DNA from: Thermoplasmatota archaeon
GTDB taxonomy: Archaea > Thermoplasmatota > E2 > JACPAO01 > JAHFTW01
Reading direction: 5' to 3'
DNA length: 64,000 nt
Assembly: GCA_041601615.1 (NCBI GenBank)
Contig: JBFIHX010000003.1
Span: 224,001-288,000, forward strand
Position 1 is the stretch's first letter; the number at the start of each line of letters is the position of its first letter. Positions 48,552-57,711 of this stretch are shown here, piece by piece. Position numbers and translations under genes: made by a program. The notes beneath the pieces were generated by a model. It did not search any database. It saw only the letters and a program-made list of their open reading frames with translations, and was not told where the DNA came from.

Positions 48552-50201
48552 ATGACTGGACAACAGCAACCCATCTACATCCTCAAGGAAGGCACGGAGC
48601 GCACCCGCGGTCGCAACGCTCAGTCCAACAACATCTACGCTGCCCGCCTCATCGCTGAGACCGTCAAGACGACGCTCGGCCCCCGCGGCATGGACAAGAT
48701 GCTTGTGGATTCCATGGGCGACGTGGTCATCACCAACGATGGCGCCACCATCCTCAAGGAAATCGACGTGGCCCACCCGGCTGCCAAGATGGTCATTGAG
48801 GTCGCCAAGACCCAGGACGCCGAGTGCGGCGACGGCACCACCACCAGTGTCATCCTCACGGGCGAACTGCTGAAGGTCGCCGGCGAACTCTTGGAGCAGG
48901 GCATCCACCCCACCACCATCACCAGCGGCTACAACATGGCCGCCAAGGAAGCCATCAAGGTCCTGGAGAACATGGCGATCACGATCAAGAAGGGCGACAC
49001 CACCACCCTTCGCAACATCGCCAAGACGAGCCTGGCCAGCAAGAACGCCAGCTCCAGCAGCGAACTTCTGTGCGACATCGTCGTGCGCGCCGTAACTGCC
49101 ATCGCCACCACCAACGGCACCGGCAAGAACGCCACCACCGAGGTCGACATCGACAACATCCTCGTCCAGAAGGCCCGCGGCGGCAGCCTGGAAGACACCG
49201 AACTCATCGAAGGCATTATCCTCGACAAGGAACGCGTCTCCAGCGGCATGCCCGAGTCCGTCACCAACGCGAAGATCGCTCTCGTCAACGCCGCCCTCGA
49301 AATCAAGAAGACCGAGGTCGACGCCAAGATCGAGATCACCGCCCCCGACCAACTCGGCGCCTTCCTCGCTCAGGAAGAAGCGACCCTGAAGTCCATGGTG
49401 GACAAGGTCAAGAAGAGCGGCGCCACCGTCCTCGTTTGCCAGAAGGGCATCGACGACCTCGCCCAGCACTTCCTCGCCAAGGCTGGCATCTACGCCATCC
49501 GCCGCGCCAAGAAGAGCGACATGGAGAAGCTCGCCAAGGCCACCAGCGCCACCATCGTCAACACCCTCGACGACCTGAAGGCCAACGTCCTCGGCACCGC
49601 CGGCAAGGTCTTCGAAAAGAAGATCGGTGACGACACCTTCACCTTCATCACCGAGTGCAAGGAAGCCAAGGCAGTCAGCATCCTGCTGCGCGGCGGCACC
49701 GAGCACGTCGTCGATGAAGCCGAGCGCGCCCTCGAAGACGCCCTGAGCGTCGTCGCTGTCGCTCTCGAAGACGGCAAGATGACTCCCGGCGGCGGCGCTG
49801 CTGCCACCGAGATCGCCATGCAACTACGCAGCTTTGCCCCCACCGTGGGCGGCCGCGAGCAAATGGCCGTCGAAGCCTTCGCGGACGCCGTCGAAGTGAT
49901 TCCCCGCACCCTGGCCGAGAACGCCGGTCTCGATGAGATCGACATCCTCCTGAGCCTGCGCCGCGCCCACAAGAAGGGCAACAGCAGCCACGGTGTCAAC
50001 GTCTTCTCGGGCAAGATCGAGAACATGTTCGACAACAACGTCATCGAGCCCCTGCGCGTCGGCACGCAAGAGGTCAAGGCCGCCACCGAGGCTGCCACCA
50101 TGATCCTGCGCATCGACGACGTCATCGCGGCCCGCGCCTTCTCCGGTGGAGAGGGTGGCCCCGGTGGCATGCCGGGCGGTATGGACGGAATGGATTTCTG
50201 A
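48552..50201 (+). CDS. ths: Thermosome (group II chaperonin) subunit
   Basis: [18 protein letters not shown] and GDGTTT motifs; GGM tail; GGAGG SD. Confidence 0.98.
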   Translation: MTGQQQPIYILKEGTERTRGRNAQSNNIYAARLIAETVKTTLGPRGMDKMLVDSMGDVVITNDGATILKEIDVAHPAAKMVIEVAKTQDAECGDGTTTSVILTGELLKVAGELLEQGIHPTTITSGYNMAAKEAIKVLENMAITIKKGDTTTLRNIAKTSLASKNASSSSELLCDIVVRAVTAIATTNGTGKNATTEVDIDNILVQKARGGSLEDTELIEGIILDKERVSSGMPESVTNAKIALVNAALEIKKTEVDAKIEITAPDQLGAFLAQEEATLKSMVDKVKKSGATVLVCQKGIDDLAQHFLAKAGIYAIRRAKKSDMEKLAKATSATIVNTLDDLKANVLGTAGKVFEKKIGDDTFTFITECKEAKAVSILLRGGTEHVVDEAERALEDALSVVAVALEDGKMTPGGGAAATEIAMQLRSFAPTVGGREQMAVEAFADAVEVIPRTLAENAGLDEIDILLSLRRAHKKGNSSHGVNVFSGKIENMFDNNVIEPLRVGTQEVKAATEAATMILRIDDVIAARAFSGGEGGPGGMPGGMDGMDF

Positions 50202-50317
50202 GCGTAGCGAAGAAATTCTTCCGAGGTGCCGAAGGCGCCGTTTCCGAGTGCGTTTCTGAACGCGCTTGAGGACGGAATGGATTTCTAGGCCCGGCGAAGA
50301 AATTCTTCCGAGGCGCC
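50183..50317. repeat. Imperfect 48-bp direct repeat duplicating the thermosome 3' end
   Basis: ggacggaatggatttct-N7-gcgaagaaattcttccgaggYgcc at 50183 and 50270. Confidence 0.85.
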
Positions 50318-50345
50318 TCGTCCACCAGACCATCGCGTCTGGCTC

Positions 50346-50380
50346 CTCTTTCCTTCTCTTCCTTCCTTTTCCCTTGTTTC
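50346..50380 (+). terminator. Pyrimidine-rich putative terminator
   Basis: T/C-rich tract downstream of the thermosome gene. Confidence 0.4.
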
Positions 50381-50476
50381 GCGGCCCTGGTGCCTTGCGC
50401 GCCGCCTGGTTTTGGGTGGTGATTGTTTCACGAATGCTCCAAAACCGCCATCCCTGCGCTTCCGGTGATGGGCCTT

Positions 50477-52084
50477 ATGCGTCGATGGTGGCTTGTGCTC
50501 TTGTTTTTGCCGTTGACGGTTTCGGGGTCGTCCCCGCCGGTCCTGGAACGGGCCTGGATGGATGTGGCCGAAGTGGAGGCGGGATCCGATGCGCTGGTGC
50601 ATCTGGAGTGGGCAACGGAGTCGAATTTGCTAGAGATGAGCGTCCATTTTGACGACGCGCATGGCAACTCAGGAACGATCTCTTCGAATGATTGCACCCT
50701 AGAGCGACACTCTGTGTGTCGGATGCATGTGCCTGCGAGTTTGCCTCCTTCGACGTACACCCTTTGGTTTGCGCACGCTCGCGACGACGCGGGAAACGAG
50801 GTGCACATACAGTCGTATGAGGTGCCGTTTTTGCAGTTTGCATTGCTGTCGAACGTAACGGATCGGCAAGCGCCCACATTGCTGGAAGTTGTCTTGTCGC
50901 CCTCGGTGCTTGCCCCCGGCGAAGTCGGTTGGCTGGGGCTTCGTTTCGATGAGCCGGAGCCAGTCCGGTCGGCGTATGTGCAGGTGGAGGGCCCTGGGGC
51001 GCATGGAAACGTGGATGTGTTGTGTCGGCCGGCGGTTCCTTGGACGGTGTGCAAGGTTCGGGCGGAGTGGGGCATTCCGGGTGGTGCGTACAGAATTTCG
51101 AGCATCACGGGAGTGGACCAGGCGGCCAATGCGAGACATGTCGATGGTGCCGAATTGAAACGGCTGTTGGGCGGAAACGCCACGGTGTGGGTTGAATCAG
51201 CGGTGGAGGATACGACGCCGCCCACGTTCCAAAAGCTCAGCGTCCAGCCAAGCGGGCATGCGCAGGAATCGTTCCGGGTGGATGTGGAGGCGGAGGATGC
51301 GTCGGGTTTGCGCGATGTGGTGTTGTTCATGCTGGAGTACGGGGTAAACACGGGACGGTTCTATGGCAAAGACTGTGTGCGGTCGCCTGGCGGCGCGTCG
51401 TGTCTCTTTTTTGCTGACGACTTGAAGGCGGGAACGCAGGAGATTTCGGGGTTGGCAATCGTTGATTCTGCCCGAAACAAGGGTTATGTGTGGGCGCCCA
51501 ACGATGAAAGCTTGGAGCCTAAGTTTGGCTCGGGCAATCAATCGGTGTTTCACCTAGAGCCGGCTCGTTGGAGCGGTCCTGTTTGGGGCGTCCATGCCGA
51601 TCCGGCGGCCGTGGTGACGGGTGAGTCGATTCGAATATTCTTGGCCTCGGAGTCCGTTGTTCAGGCTGATTTGCAGTTCATGAATGGTACAACGGAGGTT
51701 CCTGTGGAAGTCTCATGTCAACTCGAGGAGCGCGCGGATTTGTGGCAGGAGTGTAGAGGCTGGCTGCCGCCGAGCACGCCGGATGGCCTCTATTTTTTGT
51801 TGCATGGATTGTACACGGATGCGGCCGGCGCGGTGACGAATGTGTCCTATCCGTACGATGGGGTGCCGGTGTTTTTGGTCGGGGAACCGCTGAGCAAATC
51901 CGGTTCTGGGGCGCCGTTTACGCATCCTCGGCCAGCGCAGTTCGATGAAGATCCGACGCAACCGAATCAAGATTTCCTCGTCGTAGAGCCAGTGGACGAG
52001 GAGCGCGCATCCCATGCTGGCTCCTTGCCGGTGCTGGTGGTTGCGGTGGCGCTGTGTTGTTGGGTGCTGCGGCGGCGTTGCTAG
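50477..52084 (+). CDS. Cell-surface protein with four Ig-like repeats and a C-terminal anchor
   Basis: Signal peptide; four units each with a Cys pair and a DxAGN-like motif; hydrophobic tail followed by RRR. Confidence 0.7.
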   Translation: MRRWWLVLLFLPLTVSGSSPPVLERAWMDVAEVEAGSDALVHLEWATESNLLEMSVHFDDAHGNSGTISSNDCTLERHSVCRMHVPASLPPSTYTLWFAHARDDAGNEVHIQSYEVPFLQFALLSNVTDRQAPTLLEVVLSPSVLAPGEVGWLGLRFDEPEPVRSAYVQVEGPGAHGNVDVLCRPAVPWTVCKVRAEWGIPGGAYRISSITGVDQAANARHVDGAELKRLLGGNATVWVESAVEDTTPPTFQKLSVQPSGHAQESFRVDVEAEDASGLRDVVLFMLEYGVNTGRFYGKDCVRSPGGASCLFFADDLKAGTQEISGLAIVDSARNKGYVWAPNDESLEPKFGSGNQSVFHLEPARWSGPVWGVHADPAAVVTGESIRIFLASESVVQADLQFMNGTTEVPVEVSCQLEERADLWQECRGWLPPSTPDGLYFLLHGLYTDAAGAVTNVSYPYDGVPVFLVGEPLSKSGSGAPFTHPRPAQFDEDPTQPNQDFLVVEPVDEERASHAGSLPVLVVAVALCCWVLRRRC

Positions 52085-53541
52085 GTTTCTCGCGGGCCGC
52101 TTGCATCCGGCATTGGTGCGGGTTCTGACGGGTCTGGATCTGCGGAATGGTCGAGGTGTCGCGGCAGCCATACGCTGAAGGTGCTGCCCTTGCCGGGTCC
52201 GTCGCTTTCGGCCCATACGCGGCCTTGGTGTTGTTCGAGGATGCCATGGCTGATGAACAAGCCGAGGCCGGTGCCGGGGGGTCCTTTGCCGTTGTGTACT
52301 TGGCTGAATGGCTGAAACAGGAGTTTGAGTTGGTCGCTGCTGAGGCCGGGGCCGTCGTCTTGGATGCGTACTTGGGCGCCGTCGAGGTCGCGGTGGGCCA
52401 ATACGCGGACGTTGCCGCCGTGCGGTGCAAATTTGATGGCGTTGCCGAGGAGGTTGTAGAGGACTTGGCTGATGCGGACGGGGTCTGCTTCGATGGGGAT
52501 GGGGCCTTGGATTGCCACGTCCAGTCGGAGGTTTTTCTCTCTAGCTTGTTCGGCAAAGGATTCGAGAGTGTCGTGGACGAGCTCTTCGAGGTCGGTGGGT
52601 TCTGGGCACAAGACAATGGTGCCGGTGCCGATGCGGGCGATGTCGAGGAGGTCTCCTACGAGTACGCCGAGGCGTTGCAGGTTGCGTTCGATGATGTCGA
52701 GGTGGCGCACTTGTTGGCGGCTGAGGCCTTTGTCGTCGGTGCCGCGAAGGAGGCTCATTTGGATGAGGATGGGTGTCAGGGGGGTTCGTAGTTCGTGGCT
52801 TGCGGCGCTCAGGAATGCTTGTTGGTCTCGGTGTTGTTGGGTGAGATCTGCCATTTGCAGTTCGTGTTGGAGGCGTAGGTCTCCGGCGGTTTGCTCAAGT
52901 TCGCGCACGCGGTGGCGTTGTTGGTCGAGGTCGGCGGCGGTGTGTTGGAATTTTTCCCATTCGTATTGGCGTGCGGCGGCGTAGGCGATGAACAGGACGG
53001 CGTTGACGCCGAGAAAGAGGTAGGGCACTTCGATGGTGGTTGTTCCAGCTTCGGGGAGAAACCGGGGGGCTGCGGCGGCGCCGACGGTGTTGAGGGCGGC
53101 AAGGCCTGTGGCTACGGGGAAGGGCAGGAACATGGCGCCCACCAGAAGAACGGCGGCAAGCAGAAGGACGATGCCGGAGAGGGCCACGAGTGCGGGTTGG
53201 AGGAATGCGACGACGAGGGCGGCAGTGGCGCTGATTGCGAGGCTGGCGCCGCAGCTGCTCCAGCTCCAGCCGTTGCGAGCGAGCAATAAGCTGAGCCAGA
53301 AGGCGAGAGGGAGGGCGACGAGGACGCCGGCGATGGTGGTCTGATCGCCTGCCAGGTATTCGGCAAATCGGAGGGGGACGACGAGGGCGGCGACGGCGCT
53401 GGTGCCCATGAGGGTCGCGTTGGCAAGAACCATGCTCCGGGCGCGGTCGTCGCCTTGCTTCGAGGGCCGTGGGTCGGCGGAGCGTCGGTGCTTGGCCGCC
53501 GTTCTCGTACTCGGGAGCGCTGCAGCCGTGTCCGTAGGCAC
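52081..53541 (-). CDS. Membrane sensor histidine kinase
   Basis: Multi-TM N-terminus; SHELRTPL, NLLGNAIKF, DDGPG and GTGLGL boxes. Confidence 0.93.
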   Translation of the reverse strand: MPTDTAAALPSTRTAAKHRRSADPRPSKQGDDRARSMVLANATLMGTSAVAALVVPLRFAEYLAGDQTTIAGVLVALPLAFWLSLLLARNGWSWSSCGASLAISATAALVVAFLQPALVALSGIVLLLAAVLLVGAMFLPFPVATGLAALNTVGAAAAPRFLPEAGTTTIEVPYLFLGVNAVLFIAYAAARQYEWEKFQHTAADLDQQRHRVRELEQTAGDLRLQHELQMADLTQQHRDQQAFLSAASHELRTPLTPILIQMSLLRGTDDKGLSRQQVRHLDIIERNLQRLGVLVGDLLDIARIGTGTIVLCPEPTDLEELVHDTLESFAEQAREKNLRLDVAIQGPIPIEADPVRISQVLYNLLGNAIKFAPHGGNVRVLAHRDLDGAQVRIQDDGPGLSSDQLKLLFQPFSQVHNGKGPPGTGLGLFISHGILEQHQGRVWAESDGPGKGSTFSVWLPRHLDHSADPDPSEPAPMPDASGPRET

Positions 53542-53612
53542 GGTGGGGGATGGCAGTGGCTCATTGGTGAAGCCTTCGCTTTTGCAATGTGCAACTCTGT
53601 GCGTCGGTGGGG

Positions 53613-54041
53613 TTAGGGCGCTACGAAGGGGCAGGAGGCTTCGCGGCGTCCGCGCAAGTGGAAGAGGACGAGGCCTGCTGTGTGGATGGCCCAGACGGAA
53701 AACAGGCTGCCCCAGAAGAACATGGTGCCAAATTCGGTGCTGAGTCCTTTGCTGGCAAGAAACAGCAATGCGGCGACGGTGACGAGGCCGGCGATGCGGC
53801 CGAGGAAGCCTCGGGTGCTGGGTGCGATGTCGTTGCGAGTGACGCCCCAGGAGAAGACGACGAGGCCGAAGACGTGGACGATGATCAGGAACCAGAGGTA
53901 TACTTTGGCGCCGAGTACGTCTTGGTAGAGCAGGATGGGGATGAGGGCGAGGAAAGTGACCAGCAGGAGCGTGGTTTTCCAGAGAAACCGGGCGCGGTGC
54001 CGGAACTCGAAGCGGGGGCCTTCCGTTCCTGTGGTGTCCAC
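53613..54041 (-). CDS. Small 4-TM membrane protein
   Basis: Four hydrophobic segments; C-terminal CPF. Confidence 0.65.
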   Translation of the reverse strand: MDTTGTEGPRFEFRHRARFLWKTTLLLVTFLALIPILLYQDVLGAKVYLWFLIIVHVFGLVVFSWGVTRNDIAPSTRGFLGRIAGLVTVAALLFLASKGLSTEFGTMFFWGSLFSVWAIHTAGLVLFHLRGRREASCPFVAP

Positions 54042-54178
54042 GGCGTCGGGTGTCTGGCCGTGGGATTTAGTGCTTCGGGTGGAGGGGGTGGACGGGTCCG
54101 TGCTGGGGGTGTTTTGGGGGCGCGATTAGTGGGGTGGACCGGGCCGTGTTGTGGCCGGGGAGGGGCACTGATCGTGAG

Positions 54179-54205
54179 GGTGGTGGTGGTGGTGGTGGTG
54201 GTGGT
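54179..54205. repeat. (GGT)9 microsatellite
   Basis: Read directly; intergenic. Confidence 0.85.
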
Positions 54206-54214
54206 GCGGTGTGC

Positions 54215-54862
54215 CTAGGCTTCGTCGGTGGTCGCGGCCGGGAGGGTCGGACGGGTGCGGCGTGGTGCGCGATGTTTGGGCGGTGCGGGGTCGATGGTTC
54301 GAAGGAGGCGGCGGCCGTCTCGAAGCAGCTGGGAGCCGCGAAGTAGGGAGGCAAGGCCGACGGCGGCGACGGGTGCGGTGAGGATGGCGGCGAAGGCCAA
54401 TGGGTCACCCAGGGTGCCGAATACGCTGGAGCTTTGCAGGCTTAGAATGAGGGCGGGCGGGGCGACGAACATGCCGATCCAGAAGTAGAGGCGGCCTTGT
54501 TCGAGGATGGTGCAGGCGGCGTGTTGGTCGTCGGCGAGAGCCCGTAGGGTCACAATGCGGTCGGTGGAGAGGCCGTTGTGTTCCAATTCGAGGGCGCGCA
54601 GCTGGAGTCGTTCTTGCCAGGTGCGTTGCGACAGGGGGGCGACCCAGGTGCCGAGTGCTGCGAGGGCCGCCAGAAGCAAGAGAGTGGCGAGGGCAGAGAG
54701 GAGGCTGCCGATGGCGGCAAAGAGTGCCACGGTGTCGCCAAGCAGCGCCCATAGGGCAAATAGGAGTGCGGCGGCGATGGAGGCAAGGAGGCTCAGCGCG
54801 AGCATATTCAGTCCCTTTTGGCGGCTCCAGTCTAGCGTTTTTTGCCGCATGGGTTGGGTCAT
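54215..54862 (-). CDS. Hypothetical membrane protein
   Basis: Two TM pairs separated by a charged helix; start uncertain. Confidence 0.55.
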   Translation of the reverse strand: MTQPMRQKTLDWSRQKGLNMLALSLLASIAAALLFALWALLGDTVALFAAIGSLLSALATLLLLAALAALGTWVAPLSQRTWQERLQLRALELEHNGLSTDRIVTLRALADDQHAACTILEQGRLYFWIGMFVAPPALILSLQSSSVFGTLGDPLAFAAILTAPVAAVGLASLLRGSQLLRDGRRLLRTIDPAPPKHRAPRRTRPTLPAATTDEA

Positions 54863-55123
54863 GGGGGGAGGGTCTTGGTCGAGATGATGAAGTTTCTCGG
54901 CAGACCGATTGAACGTGCGTCGATCGGGCCACATTTTCGGTACGAGGTGCCCGAAGTTGTACATCATAAGGGTCGGATGCGGATTCTGCGGTCGCCAGCC
55001 CCGATGCGCCTCCTTTATCTGGGTGCTCAGGGATGATTGTTCGCACGAAAGGCTACGGTGCCGCGCCAACCGGCCGACACCGACTGTCTTTTATAGAAGC
55101 GCTAATACATTCGAGCTGCTGAC

Positions 55124-57337
55124 ATGCCGAAGACCGAAGCAACCTTGCGCGTCGTAGAAGCCCTACAGCAGGACGTCAGTTACGGGCGAGCACGCCTGGA
55201 CGGCCAGACACGGGTCGAACTCAACCTCAGTCCCGGTGACATCATCGAGATCCACGGCTCCAAACAAACGGCCGCTGTGGTCTGGAGAAGCCACCCTGGC
55301 GACGAGGGCAAGGGAATCATCCACATCGACAACCTCACCCGCAAGAACGCGGGCGTCAGCATCGGCGACAAGGTCACCATCAAGAAGGCGGAGGTCAAGG
55401 CTGCCAAGGCCGTCACCCTCGCGCCTGCCATCAGCCAGGATCAACAAATCCAATTCGGCGAAGGCATCGACGCACTCGCCAAGCGCGGCCTCCTGAAGCG
55501 CCCCGTCGTCCAGGGCGACATCGTGGTCGTTCCCAACATTGCGCTCTTTGGCAACGCACTCCCGTTCAGCATTGTCCAGACGAACCCCAAGGGCATCGTC
55601 TTGATCAACGAGGAAACGGTCATCAAAGTCAACGAGGAGGCAGCCGCACAAGCCGCCTCCGCCCCCAGCATCAGCTACGAGGACATCGGAGGTCTTCGCG
55701 ACGAACTTCAGAACGTCCGCGAAATGATCGAACTTCCCCTCAAGCACCCCGAGCTGTTCGATCGCCTCGGCATCGACCCGCCCAAAGGTGTCCTGCTGCA
55801 CGGCCCACCAGGCACGGGCAAAACCATGATCGCCAAGGCCGTCGCCAACGAAGCCGGCGCCCAGTTCTACACCATCAACGGCCCGGAGATCATGAGCAAG
55901 TTCTACGGCCAGTCCGAAGAAAACCTGCGCAAGACCTTCGAGGAAGCCGAAAAGTCCGCTCCCAGCATCGTCTTCATTGACGAAATGGACGCCATTGCCC
56001 CCAAGCGCGACGAAGTCCAGGGCGAAGTGGAACGCCGTGTCGTGAGCCAAATGCTCACCCTGATGGACGGCCTCAAGGGCCGCGGCAAAATCATCGTCAT
56101 CGGCGCCACCAACCGCCCCGATTCAGTGGACGAAGCCTTGCGCCGCCCCGGTCGCTTCGACCGCGAAATCGAAATCGGCGTTCCCGACAAGGAAGGCCGG
56201 CTCGAAATTCTGCTCATTCAGACCCGCAACATGCCGAAGGACGAGGACGTTGTTCTCGAAGAGCTTGCCAAGCTTACCTACGGCTTCGTCGGCGCGGATT
56301 TGATGGCTCTGGCTCGCGAGGCCGCCATGAAGGCACTGCGCCGCTACCTGCCGGAAATCGACTTGGACGAGCCCGTCCCGACCGAGATCCTTGAGCGCAT
56401 GTGTGTGACCATGGACGACTTCAAGGAAGCCTTGAAGATCGTGGACCCCAGCGCGCTTCGCGAATTCCTCGTGGAAGTGCCCAACACGACCTGGGAATCC
56501 GTCGGTGGTCTCGAAGACGTCAAGCAGCAACTCAAGGAAGCCGTCGAATGGCCCCTCGACGACCCCGAATCCTTCGAGCGCATGGGCATCCGGCCCCCGC
56601 GCGGCATCCTGTTGTACGGACCGCCCGGCACCGGCAAGACCCTGCTGGCCAAGGCAGTCGCCAACGAATCCGGCGCCAACTTCCTCTCCGTCAAAGGCCC
56701 CGAAGTTCTGTCCAAATGGGTTGGAGAATCCGAGAAGGCGATTCGTGAGATTTTCAAGAAGGCCAAGCAGAGCAGCCCCAGCATCATCTTCCTCGACGAA
56801 GTGGACGCCATCGCTCCCCGTCGCGGCGCCTACGAAGGCAGCCACGTCACCGAGAGTGTCGTCAATCAGCTCTTGACCAGTATGGACGGCATGGAATCCA
56901 TGGAAGGAGTCGTCGTCATCGGTGCCACCAACCGCCCGGACATCCTCGACAACGGTTTGCTTCGCGCCGGCCGCTTCGACCGTCTCATCAAGGTCACGGC
57001 GCCTGACGAGCCTGCTCGCATGGCGATTCTTCGCGTCCACGCCGAGAAAATGCCCCTTGCCAAGGATGTTGATCTTGCAGAGATTGGCAAACTCACCAAG
57101 GGCTATGTCGGCGCCGATCTGGAAGCACTGTGCCGTGAAGCTGCCATTGTGGCGCTGCGCGAGGACCGCAAGGCGCGCCAAGTCAGCAAGAACCACTTCG
57201 AGGAGGCCCTGCGAAGTGTTCGCAGCAGTGTCACCGAAGAGGTCGTCAAGTACTACGACCGGCTCGCCGAGCAACTTGGTCAAACAGCCGTAAAGAAGGT
57301 CGCAAGCGGTGGAGCTGGCGGCATGGAATTCCTCTAG
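55124..57337 (+). CDS. cdc48: CDC48/VCP (VAT) AAA+ ATPase
   Basis: N-domain plus two AAA modules (GPPGTGKT twice, IDEMD / LDEVD, RPGRFDR / RAGRFDR); TTTATA upstream. Confidence 0.97.
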   Translation: MPKTEATLRVVEALQQDVSYGRARLDGQTRVELNLSPGDIIEIHGSKQTAAVVWRSHPGDEGKGIIHIDNLTRKNAGVSIGDKVTIKKAEVKAAKAVTLAPAISQDQQIQFGEGIDALAKRGLLKRPVVQGDIVVVPNIALFGNALPFSIVQTNPKGIVLINEETVIKVNEEAAAQAASAPSISYEDIGGLRDELQNVREMIELPLKHPELFDRLGIDPPKGVLLHGPPGTGKTMIAKAVANEAGAQFYTINGPEIMSKFYGQSEENLRKTFEEAEKSAPSIVFIDEMDAIAPKRDEVQGEVERRVVSQMLTLMDGLKGRGKIIVIGATNRPDSVDEALRRPGRFDREIEIGVPDKEGRLEILLIQTRNMPKDEDVVLEELAKLTYGFVGADLMALAREAAMKALRRYLPEIDLDEPVPTEILERMCVTMDDFKEALKIVDPSALREFLVEVPNTTWESVGGLEDVKQQLKEAVEWPLDDPESFERMGIRPPRGILLYGPPGTGKTLLAKAVANESGANFLSVKGPEVLSKWVGESEKAIREIFKKAKQSSPSIIFLDEVDAIAPRRGAYEGSHVTESVVNQLLTSMDGMESMEGVVVIGATNRPDILDNGLLRAGRFDRLIKVTAPDEPARMAILRVHAEKMPLAKDVDLAEIGKLTKGYVGADLEALCREAAIVALREDRKARQVSKNHFEEALRSVRSSVTEEVVKYYDRLAEQLGQTAVKKVASGGAGGMEFL

Positions 57338-57591
57338 GCCGAATCGAGGAACCAAGCGAGCAACTGCCTGCAACAGGCGCCCGAGCCGAGGCGTGCGGCC
57401 CTGTTCCATCAGCGGTCAGCATGAGTGGTGCTTTGCGGCTGTGCCTACGGCTGGTGCCTTCCTGGAAATCGGATTTCAAAGAGGGCCAACCAAGCCCCGG
57501 CTGGGAGAATGGAGTCCAAAAATTCGGAATCCAAGGCCGCGTTGTGTGTCCAACTGGGGAATGATATGGGCACAACGGGGTTTAAGCCGCG

Positions 57592-57710
57592 ATTGCATTG
57601 TGTCCTCGGTCAATAGACCCATTCTGGCAATTCGGTCTCGGCCGGTGCTGGAGTGACCACACCACCAACCCCTCCTCCCTTCCATTAGGGAGGAGGGGCC
57701 TCAATGCAAT
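57592..57710. other. Structured intergenic element (possible ncRNA or terminator)
   Basis: 9-bp terminal inverted repeat enclosing three hairpins, one with a perfect 12-bp stem. Confidence 0.45.
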
Positions 57711-57711
57711 G

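Noticed and set aside
54884-54935. ATGATGA as a C box of a C/D sRNA
   Set aside because: No CTGA D box at a suitable distance
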